From an uncultured Clostridia bacterium (GTDB lineage Bacteria; Bacillota; Clostridia; Christensenellales; DTU072), in assembly GCA_944372665.1 (NCBI GenBank), contig CALVZV010000002.1:10053-74052 (forward strand): a stretch of 64,000 bases of DNA, given 5' to 3'. Position numbers and translations under genes: made by a program. Position 1 is the stretch's first letter; each line of letters opens with the position of its first letter. Below are positions 28,769 to 38,903 of the stretch, piece after piece. The notes under the pieces are model-generated. The model was not told where the DNA came from. It searched no databases and saw only the letters and a list, made by a program, of their open reading frames with translations.

Positions 28769-28849
28769 ATTTCCGTTTACTATACTATACTAGGAAATGA
28801 AGGCGAATTGCCTCCATTTCCGTGACGTTTATGGAGATTTTCCGAAACC

Positions 28850-30301
28850 TCAGCGTTTCGGCATTCTGGAGCTCGTCGGAGAACGCGAACCGGCAAGCGC
28901 CACTTTTCCGGACGTCTTTTTGAGCGCGTTCCTGTCGCCGGGCTGACCGGGTTTGGTAGGAGCCGTGTGTCCGGCGTACGTATGCTTCTTGTTGCCTTTG
29001 GGAACGTAGGCTATTGTCTGGGCGCGGCGGTTGCGGAACAGCAGCGGCAGCAGCGCGATAACGAAGGGGATCAGCACCAGGATCGGGAATGCCATGTTGA
29101 TGCAGATAAGCGCCGCGTTAGCGAGCAGGTTGTTGCCGGAATCAACGATGGTCGCGGAAACGAAGGATTCCCAGTCGGTGCTGAAATAGTTGGAGAACGC
29201 CGACGAAACGGCTTCCGAAGAAAGCTCCTCCAGTTCTATGAACGCGGGACATATCGCCGTCAGCAGCAGACACAGCAGTATCAGTATAGGCAGAACGTGC
29301 AGCCTCCTGGACGTGTAGCTGAAAAGTCTTCCGATATTTATTACCAGTTCGATTGCGGACAGCACCAGCGTCAGCACCATAAACACTATGGTTCCGTACG
29401 TGGCTATGTGTCTGACGACGTTCAGAGTGTTGATGTCGCCGGCCTCGTCGCGCGTTATCTCGATGTCGTCTGCGCGGTCGCGCAGGAATCTGATATAATA
29501 CCAGCTTACTCCCTGCATGGAATCGAGGTTCTCGATCACGTCGATGCGGTTGGAGCTGAGCATCGGAGTGCGGAACAGCGCCTTGATGATGTCGAACACG
29601 GTGATATCCACGGAGATCATTTTGAGATCTCTGTACAGATAGACTTTATCGGGATAGGTGTGGTCGGCAGCCATATAGCGTTCGCCCTGTTCGGGCACTT
29701 CGTTGGGGTTGATGTACGTGCCGGCAGGCCAGTTGCCGTCGTTGGGCACTTCGAAATCCAGCTCTCCGGGTCCCAGGCGTATATACGCCACCGAGGTTAT
29801 GGTCAGGCGCATGCCGGTGGTTTCGTAGAGCGTGTCGTTGATCTGGTTGATGTTGGCGGACGACAGGAAGGTCGAGCAGAGCAAGACCGCCAGCATCACT
29901 GCCAGCAGGATTATGGTCACCAACGGGCAGGCGGCTCCGAAATATCTGGTTTTGGAAAAGTAGGATTCGAAGTCGAAATCGACGTCGGAATAGGCGTCGA
30001 CATACTTGCCCAGCGCTTTTTCGCGTTTTTCGCGCTGGATAGTATTGTACTCGGAATGCGTTTTCATTTCGGCGGCAAGGATGTTGGGATCGTAGTCGCC
30101 GCGTTCCACCTTGTTCAGGAGCTTTTTGTATTCGGAGCGCGTCCTTCTGAGTTTGGCGCGCGTGTAGGGGGAATCGCTTTCGCGGATCTCCCATTTGATC
30201 TCGCTTATTTTACGTTTAAGCAACCCGACGAGTACGGCTTCGTCGCGTTCGGTCCACTTTGCGGTGAACATTTTGCTGGTCGTAAGCGGTGCTTGAGCCA
30301 T
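28850..30301 (-). CDS. Hypothetical multi-pass membrane protein with charged helical N-terminus
   Basis: ATG at 30301 with SD AGGAGG; about four hydrophobic segments and a large loop. Confidence 0.75.
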   Translation of the reverse strand: MAQAPLTTSKMFTAKWTERDEAVLVGLLKRKISEIKWEIRESDSPYTRAKLRRTRSEYKKLLNKVERGDYDPNILAAEMKTHSEYNTIQREKREKALGKYVDAYSDVDFDFESYFSKTRYFGAACPLVTIILLAVMLAVLLCSTFLSSANINQINDTLYETTGMRLTITSVAYIRLGPGELDFEVPNDGNWPAGTYINPNEVPEQGERYMAADHTYPDKVYLYRDLKMISVDITVFDIIKALFRTPMLSSNRIDVIENLDSMQGVSWYYIRFLRDRADDIEITRDEAGDINTLNVVRHIATYGTIVFMVLTLVLSAIELVINIGRLFSYTSRRLHVLPILILLCLLLTAICPAFIELEELSSEAVSSAFSNYFSTDWESFVSATIVDSGNNLLANAALICINMAFPILVLIPFVIALLPLLFRNRRAQTIAYVPKGNKKHTYAGHTAPTKPGQPGDRNALKKTSGKVALAGSRSPTSSRMPKR

Positions 30302-30517
30302 TATCGATCCTCCTAAATACATACGCGCACAACGGGTGCGCCCGTATATACACATTTACATTATATATCCCCGACGTATAAATTTCAAGTACTAAATTAT
30401 GTAATGTGATTTCGGCGCGCAAGCGGCGTATCCGACGCACAATCGCCGTACTCCGGGCAGGGAAAGAATAAAAGAGTAAAACCGTATAATCGCTTTCGGT
30501 ATCGGGATACTATTTCC

Positions 30518-31615
30518 ATGAAAAAAACGCTGATGATCGTTCTGACGGCGGTGCTGCTGCTGATAGCCGCCGATCTGGACGTCACCGAAACCATACTCGG
30601 GAAATTACGCTCGGCGTTTTATCCTGCGTTCGTAGGAGTGCTCGTGGCGCTGTTTCTGAACGCGCCGGTGAAATTCCTGGAGAACGGACTGCTTTCGTCG
30701 CCAAAGCTCGCGCGATTCAGGCGCGCGCTCTCGTTGGGAATCACCGTGACGGGCGTGGGCGGAGTGCTTGCCGGGATAATCGCGCTGACATCCTCGCAGA
30801 TAGGCGACAGCGTTGCGGGACTGACAGAGGCGCTCGAAAGCCTCAAGAACAACGCTTCCGATTCGCGAATCGTCGACACGCTGATCGTCGAGGGCGGAAA
30901 AATTTTAAAGGAGAAGCTGCCCGATCTGACGTCGCTGGCGTTAAACGGCGTAAAAGAAGCCGTTTCGCTGTTTTTGGGAGTGGCGTTGGGAGTCATGCTG
31001 GTCGCTTCGAAAGAGAGCGTCGCCGGCATGCTGTATGCAGTCGCGGACAGGATACTCGGCGCCGAAAGAGGGGCGCTATTCAGAGGCGCGCTCAGTGCGG
31101 CGGCGGATAAATTCTCGAAGTTTTTGGGCGGACAGGCGCTTGAAGCGCTGATTTTCGGAGCCGTCTGTTATGTATGCTTTCTGCTTCTCAAGATCCCGTA
31201 TCCGATGCTGATAGCCCTGATAGTCGCGCTGACAAACCTTATCCCGACGCTGGGCGGCTATATCGGCGGCGTGCTGGGCGCGGTGGCGGTTCTGGCGGCG
31301 GCGCCCGACAAAGTGCTGATATTCGCGGCGGCGATACTCGTCCTGCAGCAGCTGGAGCAGATCACGACCTACCCGGTGATAGTGGGCAGATACGTAGGGC
31401 TGAAGAGCTTTTACGTGATGCTCGCGGTCGTGGCGGGCGGAGGACTGATGGGCTTCTGGGGACTGATACTGGGAGTGCCTATGGCTGCGTTCGCGTACAA
31501 TCTGCTGGAAGTCCTGCTCAGACGGAAAAGCGCCACGGCTACAGACGCCGATTGCGATACTCGGGAAGCGGCTTCGGAAAAAAAGGGGACGACCGACCTT
31601 CAAAACAGGAGTTAA
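30518..31615 (+). CDS. AI-2E family transporter
   Basis: Multi-TM; GQ..EALI.G, NLIP..G..IG, P.IVG..VGL, G..GLILGVP. Confidence 0.88.
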   Translation: MKKTLMIVLTAVLLLIAADLDVTETILGKLRSAFYPAFVGVLVALFLNAPVKFLENGLLSSPKLARFRRALSLGITVTGVGGVLAGIIALTSSQIGDSVAGLTEALESLKNNASDSRIVDTLIVEGGKILKEKLPDLTSLALNGVKEAVSLFLGVALGVMLVASKESVAGMLYAVADRILGAERGALFRGALSAAADKFSKFLGGQALEALIFGAVCYVCFLLLKIPYPMLIALIVALTNLIPTLGGYIGGVLGAVAVLAAAPDKVLIFAAAILVLQQLEQITTYPVIVGRYVGLKSFYVMLAVVAGGGLMGFWGLILGVPMAAFAYNLLEVLLRRKSATATDADCDTREAASEKKGTTDLQNRS

Positions 31616-31666
31616 TTCGGCTAATTATGCCTTATTTTGCAGGGATAATGCGGCGATAATCCGAAT

Positions 31667-32668
31667 ATGGAAATTTATTTTTCGACAAACGGCGTCAAAG
31701 CGGCGGTAGATTACGTACGCAAAAACTACCCGGGCGTCACGGTGGGACTTTCGGGCGCCGGCGAGGAGACAGCCGAACAGTTCTGCCGCGCAGGAAATCC
31801 GGCGCACTGCGGCGAGGAAGCCTTTTCCGAAAGCACCAGACTGTTCCTGGGCTTCGGCTCGGCGCGTGCGTATTCGGAAGCCAGACTTGCCGCCGCAGAC
31901 GAGTGCGATTACATACTTTCAGTCGATTCCGACATCGCGGCGGCGTTTTCAGAATATTCGATAATAGGATTCCGAAAAATGAAATATAAGTACCCTAAAG
32001 CAGTTTTCTTTTCGACAGATTCAAGCGATGACGTTTTGGGCGCGGAGGCGTACGCGTATCTGACAAGGCTGTATGCAGGGCTTGTCGACGCGGGATTGGC
32101 GTCTATGTATTCGCCCCGTTCCGTTGCGGCGCGAAGCCTTATCGACAGGGCAAAAGAGCTGCTGCTCGATCCCGGCGATGTCGAGAAGATGATCCGCTCC
32201 GGCTGGGAGCTCGCCGTCAAGGCGGGGGATACCGGAGATTTTTTCGATTTTGCCGACCGCTTCTGTCCGGACGGCAGAGAGGGGCTGCATCACAGATTTT
32301 TATGTTATTATATCGCTTTAATGTTGGGCATTCGATTTACAAAGTTTCCTTTCCGTAGTATATTATTAGGGAAAGACGAAGTGCGCGCGCGTATCGTTAT
32401 GGAAAAGCACGCAGCGCTCGGCGCCGTCGGAGAGCGGTGCCGTCCTGACCCGGAACCGATGAAAGCGCTGGCGGAAAAGTATCTGCCCGATGCCGGCGAA
32501 CTCAACGCCGTAGGCGAAGGATTTTTCCCCGCTGCGGGGAAAAAGGCGGTGTCTCCGGAAACCATACTCGGAGCGCTCGGCGCGGCGGCTTCGCTGTCGG
32601 AGGGGCGCGGTTTCCAGTCGTTGCTTGCGGGCTCGGGATTCACCGATGCCGTGCTTGATGCGCTGTAG
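31667..32668 (+). CDS. Hypothetical protein, possibly a degenerate glycerol-1-P dehydrogenase-like fold
   Basis: 333-aa ORF; weak resemblance ('LFLGFG', 'P.AVFF.TD', 'GLVD..LA') without intact catalytic motifs. Confidence 0.5.
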   Translation: MEIYFSTNGVKAAVDYVRKNYPGVTVGLSGAGEETAEQFCRAGNPAHCGEEAFSESTRLFLGFGSARAYSEARLAAADECDYILSVDSDIAAAFSEYSIIGFRKMKYKYPKAVFFSTDSSDDVLGAEAYAYLTRLYAGLVDAGLASMYSPRSVAARSLIDRAKELLLDPGDVEKMIRSGWELAVKAGDTGDFFDFADRFCPDGREGLHHRFLCYYIALMLGIRFTKFPFRSILLGKDEVRARIVMEKHAALGAVGERCRPDPEPMKALAEKYLPDAGELNAVGEGFFPAAGKKAVSPETILGALGAAASLSEGRGFQSLLAGSGFTDAVLDAL

Positions 32669-32697
32669 GGATAATTTACTTTAGCAAAAGAGGAGAT

Positions 32698-33477
32698 ATG
32701 AAGCTCAAAGTTGACGCCGATTTGTTTTTGTTCGATCTGGACGGCACGGTATATTTGGGAGACACGCCGATAGAAGGCGCCATGGAAACGCTGGGGAAGC
32801 TGAGCGCCATGGGCAAAAAAGTTTGTTTTCTGACCAATAATTCGTCCAAAGACAAGCGCGAGTACGTTCGCAAGCTGACTTCGATGGGGTATCCCGTCGA
32901 TTTGTGGCAGATAATAACTTCCACCATGGCGGCGGTGCAGTTTCTGCATACCCGGCGCCCCTCCAAAAGCGTGTATCCCGTAGGCACCCCGACGTTCATA
33001 AAGACGCTGGAGGAGGAGTCGATACCGATAAGCGACGATGCGGATATCGTGCTGTTGGCGTTCGACACCACTTTGACCTACGATAAACTCTGGCGCGCCA
33101 ACGTGCTGCTGGAAAAAGGCAGGGAGTTCATTGCCACCCACCCCGACACGGTATGTCCTTCCGACAGGGGAGACATGCCCGACGTGGGTTCGCTGATGGC
33201 GCTTCTGGAGTGTTCTTCCGGGCGCGCGCCCTCGGTGATCTGCGGCAAGCCGCACTCGCCCATGGCTGAGATCATAGCGCATCTGTTCGACATTCCCAAG
33301 GAAAAGATAGTCATGGTGGGCGACAGGCTTTACACGGATATTCTTTTCGGGATAAACAACGGTTACCAGTCGGTTTTGGTGCTTTCCGGCGAAACTTCCG
33401 TGGAAATGCTCAATGCCAGCGGCATAAAGCCTTCGTTCGTGTTCGACTCCATACGCGACATGATCGAGGACGACTGA
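32698..33477 (+). CDS. HAD-IIA family phosphatase (NagD/AraL-like)
   Basis: FDLDGTVY, LTNNSS, GKP, MVGDRLYTDI, LVLSGET. Confidence 0.93.
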   Translation: MKLKVDADLFLFDLDGTVYLGDTPIEGAMETLGKLSAMGKKVCFLTNNSSKDKREYVRKLTSMGYPVDLWQIITSTMAAVQFLHTRRPSKSVYPVGTPTFIKTLEEESIPISDDADIVLLAFDTTLTYDKLWRANVLLEKGREFIATHPDTVCPSDRGDMPDVGSLMALLECSSGRAPSVICGKPHSPMAEIIAHLFDIPKEKIVMVGDRLYTDILFGINNGYQSVLVLSGETSVEMLNASGIKPSFVFDSIRDMIEDD

Positions 33478-33496
33478 GCAAAAATTTTAAAAAGGG

Positions 33497-33525
33497 TTGC
33501 ATTCGCGCGCCCGTTAATATATAAT
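33497..33525 (+). promoter_or_regulatory. Sigma-A promoter of lipoprotein gene
   Basis: TTGCAT-17bp-TATAAT. Confidence 0.65.
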
Positions 33526-33575
33526 AGATAAACATTCCGGTGTTATTCGGAACAATAATCGGAACGGAGAAAACG

Positions 33576-35033
33576 ATGAAAAAGAAAACGGTTATATCGG
33601 TTGTGGCTGTGATCATGCTGGTGGCGCTGACGTGCGCGGTGCTGGCAGGTTGCAACAAGACTTATAAACGCGACGCATTGGCAAATTCGCCCACCGGCGA
33701 TTCGCCCGTTACCGGCAACGGCGGCATGGCGGTCAGGGTCGGCGATTATCTTTATTTTATAAACGGTTATGCCGGTCAGGACGCCGCCAACGAATTCGGC
33801 GAAGTCGTCAAGGGCGCGATAATGCGCGTAAAATTCGACGCCTCGGGCAATCCCGATGTTTCGACGGTGGAAACCGTCGTTCCCAAGAACGTCTACAACA
33901 CTTCCGCTACCTCGTCTTTGGTGGTCAGAAGCGGATATATCTATTTCACGACGCCTTCGGACAAGAGCGACTCGGACGGCAACGCCAAGACTTCGGAAAT
34001 GGTCCTGATGCGTTCGACGCTGGACGGCGCTAAAACCGAAACGATCGCCGAATTTTCGGACTATACCCCTAATTACAGGGTTTCCGCCAACTATATCGTT
34101 TATGTCAATTCGGCTTCCGAGCTGCATCTTATCGATCTTAACGCAAAGCGCTTTACCGATACCGTGATCGATACGGAAGTAAGTTCTTTCACGGTGCCCG
34201 ACTATGCCGACGCGTATAACACGATGGAGGACGTCGTTTTCTATCTTAAGAGCGCGGAGGGCGCGTACGCCACGCACAATATAGTGTACGCGTATAAAGC
34301 CGGCGGTTCTCCCAAGGCGGTCATCGACGGGCTCGGTTCCTACCCCGCCGCGGAGCTGCCGCATCCGGGCGGCTACAAGATCAGTCTGCTCGACGTTACT
34401 TTCGACGGTGACGGGCTGAGGCTGGAGTACACCAAGAGCGATTCCGGCGCCAACACCAAGTCCACGGGCGTATATTCGTACCTGTTCGACGCGACGCTGT
34501 CGTTCAATTCCGCCGCCGAGGTACGCTACACCACGGGAGCGACCTACACTTCGCTGTGGTATCTGGATTCCGAGAACATACTGGCCGTCGATTCCGATTC
34601 GATAGACTTCATTTTCAAGAAAGGCGACTCCTGGGAAATCAGGCGTAACCTCGTCGAAGTTTCTTCCGTCAGCATACTGAACGCTTCGATGACGGCATCC
34701 GCCGAGTCTGCGGACGTAGTAACGCTAAGGATCGATTATATCAATTCCAGCAAGGTCTACGGCATTTCGCTGGTACTCGACAAAAACGATACCGCTAACC
34801 TCGACTACGATTCCGTGGAATTGCTGTTCGATTCCAAGTACGCGACCGACTGGCTGTCGCTCGATCTTGTAGGGAATACGGTATATTTCTTCAATTCAGA
34901 CGTTTTGAACAACATTTATTATGTCAATCTCGATACGGTTGACCCGCGTGACGCCAGCTCCAGGATCGCGAAGCGTCTCGGCGTATTCAGTCCCGAGGAC
35001 GTTATAGGGATGCTGGAGTCCGTTTCCGAATAG
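33576..35033 (+). CDS. Lipoprotein, probable beta-propeller
   Basis: MKKK...VLAG-C lipobox; SD GGAG; GNGG.AV..GDYLYF.NG and repeated 'GYIYF'-type strands. Confidence 0.8.
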   Translation: MKKKTVISVVAVIMLVALTCAVLAGCNKTYKRDALANSPTGDSPVTGNGGMAVRVGDYLYFINGYAGQDAANEFGEVVKGAIMRVKFDASGNPDVSTVETVVPKNVYNTSATSSLVVRSGYIYFTTPSDKSDSDGNAKTSEMVLMRSTLDGAKTETIAEFSDYTPNYRVSANYIVYVNSASELHLIDLNAKRFTDTVIDTEVSSFTVPDYADAYNTMEDVVFYLKSAEGAYATHNIVYAYKAGGSPKAVIDGLGSYPAAELPHPGGYKISLLDVTFDGDGLRLEYTKSDSGANTKSTGVYSYLFDATLSFNSAAEVRYTTGATYTSLWYLDSENILAVDSDSIDFIFKKGDSWEIRRNLVEVSSVSILNASMTASAESADVVTLRIDYINSSKVYGISLVLDKNDTANLDYDSVELLFDSKYATDWLSLDLVGNTVYFFNSDVLNNIYYVNLDTVDPRDASSRIAKRLGVFSPEDVIGMLESVSE

Positions 35034-35063
35034 GTCAGCACAGAGCTGTATCAGATAAGTATG

Positions 35064-35089
35064 AAGCGGCGGACAAGCCGCCGCTTTTT
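35064..35089 (+). terminator. Intrinsic terminator
   Basis: AAGCGGCGG-acaag-CCGCCGCTT followed by Ts. Confidence 0.8.
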
Positions 35090-35178
35090 AACAATCAAAC
35101 GGGCGTATTTCCCGAATAGCGGTTTTCCTTATAAATCAATATCGAACGTGTCGCTATACGGAGGCGGAGGACAAAAAT

Positions 35179-35871
35179 ATGGATAACAGACCCAAGGTAC
35201 CGGAAAGCTGCTTTTTCAAGGGTAGCTACAATCCTGTTTTCGAAGCAGAGATCCTGAAATGCAAGGACAAGTGTTTCCGCTACAATTCCCTGATGCCGTC
35301 CGACCTGGAGGGAAAGGAGACTCTGATCAGACAGATCGTCGGCAAAGCGGGTAAAGGCGCGGTGATCACTCCGCCGTTCTGGTGCGATTACGGATACAAT
35401 ATTATCGTGGGCGACAACTTTTATTCCAATCATAACCTCGTCATCAACGACGGACTGCCGGTGAAGTTCGGCGACAACGTGTTTATAGCCCCGAACTGTA
35501 CTTTCACGACGGCGGAGCACGCTTTGGACCCCGAAATGCGCAAGGAGGGCATAGAGATAGCCAAACCGATAACGGTGGGGGACAACGTGTGGATAGGGGC
35601 GGGGTCGATAGTGCTTGCGGGAGCCGTGATAGGAAGCGATACCGTCATAGGAGCCGGCTCCGTAGTCAAAGGCGAAATACCATCGGGCGTTATAGCGGTA
35701 GGCGTGCCGTGCAAGGTAAAAAGAAAGATCACCGAGGAGGACAAAACACGCTATCCGATGTATGAGGGCGAATATGTCTGGACAAAACCGAACGCGGATT
35801 ATTTATACCAGAACGAGGGCGAAAAAAGTTTTTCTTCGGCTTCTTCCTCGGAGCCGTTGAACAGGCTGTAG
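35179..35871 (+). CDS. Maltose/galactoside O-acetyltransferase family protein
   Basis: PF.CDYGYNI..G, IAPN....TA.H, PI.VGDNVWIG, GAGSVV, GVPC. Confidence 0.9.
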   Translation: MDNRPKVPESCFFKGSYNPVFEAEILKCKDKCFRYNSLMPSDLEGKETLIRQIVGKAGKGAVITPPFWCDYGYNIIVGDNFYSNHNLVINDGLPVKFGDNVFIAPNCTFTTAEHALDPEMRKEGIEIAKPITVGDNVWIGAGSIVLAGAVIGSDTVIGAGSVVKGEIPSGVIAVGVPCKVKRKITEEDKTRYPMYEGEYVWTKPNADYLYQNEGEKSFSSASSSEPLNRL

Positions 35872-36503
35872 TAACTGCCCATACCCGCGATGATTATATG
35901 ATCCAAAAGCTTGATGCCGACCTTGGAAAGCGCTTCGCCCACGCGGCGGGTGCCGGTTTTGTCCGCGTCTGAGGGCACGGCGGCGCCGGAGGGGTGATTG
36001 TGCGCGATTATCACTCCCTCAGCTCCCGCTTTAAGAGCGTGGTCTATGATGCGCCGCGTATTCAGGTCGCTTTCAGCCGTTTCGCCTTCGTTTATCAGGG
36101 CAATGTTAAGCAGTTTGCCGTTGACGCCCAGATACATCGCGTATACTCGTTCCTTTTTGCCGTAACCCAATAGCGGCGTAAGCGCTTCCGCTGCCTGCCA
36201 GCTGGTTTGGATCCTGCCTTCGCAAACATTGTTTTCGGCTGAATAGATAAGAGGTTTGAATTGCGGAAAGGTCAGCGCCGCCAGCTTCGGCATGCCTTTT
36301 ATGCTTTCCAGCTCCTCGACGGAAGCGTTGAAAACGGCTTTTAACGAACCGAACTCCCGTAACAGTTCTCTGGCTATCGGCACGGTGTCGCGGCGCGGGA
36401 TATACGGGTAAAGCAGAAATTCCAGCTTCTCGTGATCCGCCAGAATATTTATTCCGCCCTTAGCCACTTTCTCTCTGACTCGCTGTCTTCTCCCTTCCGC
36501 CAT
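35799..36503 (-). CDS. radC: RadC/UPF0758 JAB-domain protein
   Basis: LEFLL...IPRRDT..IA..LL..FGSL; AHNHPSG...PS..D; LLDHII. Confidence 0.92.
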   Translation of the reverse strand: MAEGRRQRVREKVAKGGINILADHEKLEFLLYPYIPRRDTVPIARELLREFGSLKAVFNASVEELESIKGMPKLAALTFPQFKPLIYSAENNVCEGRIQTSWQAAEALTPLLGYGKKERVYAMYLGVNGKLLNIALINEGETAESDLNTRRIIDHALKAGAEGVIIAHNHPSGAAVPSDADKTGTRRVGEALSKVGIKLLDHIIIAGMGSYYSLFNGSEEEAEEKLFSPSFWYK

Positions 36504-36641
36504 ACGAACTCCTGCATATATCCGAAATATATTATTCCGGAGTTTGGGTAATCGAAGAAAGATTTTCGGTTACCTGTTCGAGCAAAATATAAGGACAATA
36601 TTTCGCGCGCAAATTCCGACCCTTGGTTATATTTCAATTTA

Positions 36642-36670
36642 ATTATATTATAAATCAAAGATATTTGCAA
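36642..36670 (-). promoter_or_regulatory. Sigma-A promoter of radC
   Basis: TTGCAA-17bp-TATAAT on the minus strand. Confidence 0.6.
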
Positions 36671-36692
36671 GAGCGAGGAGACGACGCCCGTA

Positions 36693-37586
36693 TCAATCGT
36701 TTTCCGTCGTCTTTAAGGTAACGTCTATCATATTGGTCAGCATTTGAGCATCGTCAACCGTGGAAGTCCATCCGGTATCTTCGGACAAAGCTTCGATATT
36801 CAGAGGCGTAAATGGTACGATATCTTTATCGTAGAATTCTATAGACGGCTCCGGAAAACCATATTTTTCGTGCAGCAACCTGGCGGTAAGTTGAGCCAGT
36901 ATTCCTACAGTAGTAAATCTGCCTGGTCCAAGATTATAGACGCATCTCCAATTCCTGGGCAGGATGTCGATAAGGCTTATCAGTCCCGAAGCGGCGTCGG
37001 ATGCGTCCATCAGAGATACTTTTTGGGCTGCACCGTAAACTTTTATTAAATTTGCGTTCAGAGCGTTGTTTATGAAAAACTGTGTGAAACGCTGTGGCAT
37101 ATTTAAAGAAGCCAGACGTACGTTTGTGAAATTCTGGCCGTCGTCAAATACTGAATCCATTAGAATTTCCGTTGCAACTTTTACCACACCGTAATTGTCT
37201 TTGGGAGCGATCTCCGAATCCTCTTTTAAGGTACGGTAAAGCCCAGTCTGAGCATACACGCCCTGTGAAGACACGTTGATTATATTGTTTACGCCGGATT
37301 TTTTAAATGAATCGAACATCCGTTTTGTAAAATACAGACAGTCTGCCAAAGCGGCCGGGGAGTTATCTCTTGAAAACGCACAATGAATGACGGCGTCTAT
37401 ATCTTTTAAAGAGAAGGAATTGTCGAATATTTCTTCATTAGTTACGGAAGTTACATTCGAAAATTGCTCATAACGGACATGCTTTCTGCTTGCCGCTACA
37501 ATATGCCAGTTGTCGCTGTCGGAAAGCTTATTGATGATTGAAGACCCCAAAAGACCGCCTGCGCCGGTTATTAAAACTTTTTTCAT
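36693..37586 (-). CDS. NAD-dependent epimerase/dehydratase (extended SDR)
   Basis: ITGAGGLLG, HCA, SSQGVY, YGVVK. Confidence 0.85.
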   Translation of the reverse strand: MKKVLITGAGGLLGSSIINKLSDSDNWHIVAASRKHVRYEQFSNVTSVTNEEIFDNSFSLKDIDAVIHCAFSRDNSPAALADCLYFTKRMFDSFKKSGVNNIINVSSQGVYAQTGLYRTLKEDSEIAPKDNYGVVKVATEILMDSVFDDGQNFTNVRLASLNMPQRFTQFFINNALNANLIKVYGAAQKVSLMDASDAASGLISLIDILPRNWRCVYNLGPGRFTTVGILAQLTARLLHEKYGFPEPSIEFYDKDIVPFTPLNIEALSEDTGWTSTVDDAQMLTNMIDVTLKTTEND

Positions 37587-38893
37587 TTGTCGTATGCCGT
37601 CTCCCTTTCATTATATACGTTCAATCTGTCGGTATCGAATGGTAAAAAGAGCATATTGTTATCTGTGCAATCAGTTACTTTGACGTAATCCTGAATGGCT
37701 TTTATCGTGCTTTTAAGTTCGTCTAATGAGTCGCTGTTAATAAAAGCTCTGAATACGGACTGAGCCATCGAATTGTTCTCGTTTACTTTTTTCCCTACAG
37801 GTAAAAGGTACTGACAGTGAATCACGTCTTTAAGAGCGGAGCATGACGAGGCACCTTCCAAATGTGCAATCGTGCCTCCGTGGCAAGACATATTGAAAAT
37901 GCACCAATAGTCTTTTCTGGAAACGTCATATTTTTTGAGACGATTGCCCATACTGCCCGTCAAAGCAAAATTTACAAGCATTTCCATATAGTTTTCTCCT
38001 GTGGCGGCAGAAATATTATAATAGTCCAGTAATGCGTTCATTCTGTAACCGCATTCGAAAACCACGATTTTTTTGTCGTTGACAATGCCTTGGAAAAACA
38101 GACAACCGTTTTTGGTTCCGATATTGTTCAGCATCGAAACGATATGAGGATGGACCTGCGAAATATATTTATCGTAATATAGCGAAGGCGCGACGCTGGC
38201 GTCGAACTGCGCCGTTACGTTTTCGTGATCCAGAGTAGGAAATCTGTCGCGTAAACAACTTAAAACTATTTCTCCGTCCGAGATAGTATATACGGCGGTA
38301 TATTCGATACCTTCGACGTATTCTTCTATGATATAGTCTTTGCTGGCGGATTCAGATAAAGCCAGCTGCACCGCTTCCAGCAGCTGCCGTTTGTTTTTGC
38401 ATATCGTTATACCTTTTGCGGCGCATCCGTCCACGGGTTTGACAATAAGCGGAAATTCGAACGGTGCTGCTGTAAGAGAATCAATGCCCGAAACGAAGTA
38501 TTCGCGCGGAACAGGTACGCCGTTTTTTATGCAAAGATTTTTGAAAAGCCGTTTCTGCTGACAGATTCGCCATTGGTCGAGCGTAAAATAACACGGCAGA
38601 TTAAGCCTCGTGCAAAGCTCTCGAACGGCAAGGAGATTAATTTCGCTGACTCCGCAAAATATACCGTTTATGTCGTTATTGCGTGCAAACTCTTCAAGTT
38701 TGTCGAAATCCTGTGTGCTTATCAGCACAGATTCGTCGGCAATTTGTTTTGCGGATGACTTTTCGACCGGTAAATAATCCGCAACAATTACATAACAGCC
38801 GTTTGCCTGCGCATATTTGACCATGCTGTCTGCGCCCAAGGAAGATCCAAGAATAAGAAGTTTTTTCCCGGTATATTTTTTGGTCTGTGTCAT
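37583..38893 (-). CDS. ATP-grasp ligase (sugar-cluster type)
   Basis: K..FK......GVP, FPLIVKPVD....KGI, IIEEYVEG.E, FE...R. Confidence 0.85.
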   Translation of the reverse strand: MTQTKKYTGKKLLILGSSLGADSMVKYAQANGCYVIVADYLPVEKSSAKQIADESVLISTQDFDKLEEFARNNDINGIFCGVSEINLLAVRELCTRLNLPCYFTLDQWRICQQKRLFKNLCIKNGVPVPREYFVSGIDSLTAAPFEFPLIVKPVDGCAAKGITICKNKRQLLEAVQLALSESASKDYIIEEYVEGIEYTAVYTISDGEIVLSCLRDRFPTLDHENVTAQFDASVAPSLYYDKYISQVHPHIVSMLNNIGTKNGCLFFQGIVNDKKIVVFECGYRMNALLDYYNISAATGENYMEMLVNFALTGSMGNRLKKYDVSRKDYWCIFNMSCHGGTIAHLEGASSCSALKDVIHCQYLLPVGKKVNENNSMAQSVFRAFINSDSLDELKSTIKAIQDYVKVTDCTDNNMLFLPFDTDRLNVYNERETAYDK

Positions 38894-38903
38894 AATATTT
38901 GCC

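Noticed and set aside
28769-28849. T-box riboswitch upstream of cysE-cysS
   Set aside because: The gap is only ~80 bp with one hairpin and no T-box consensus.
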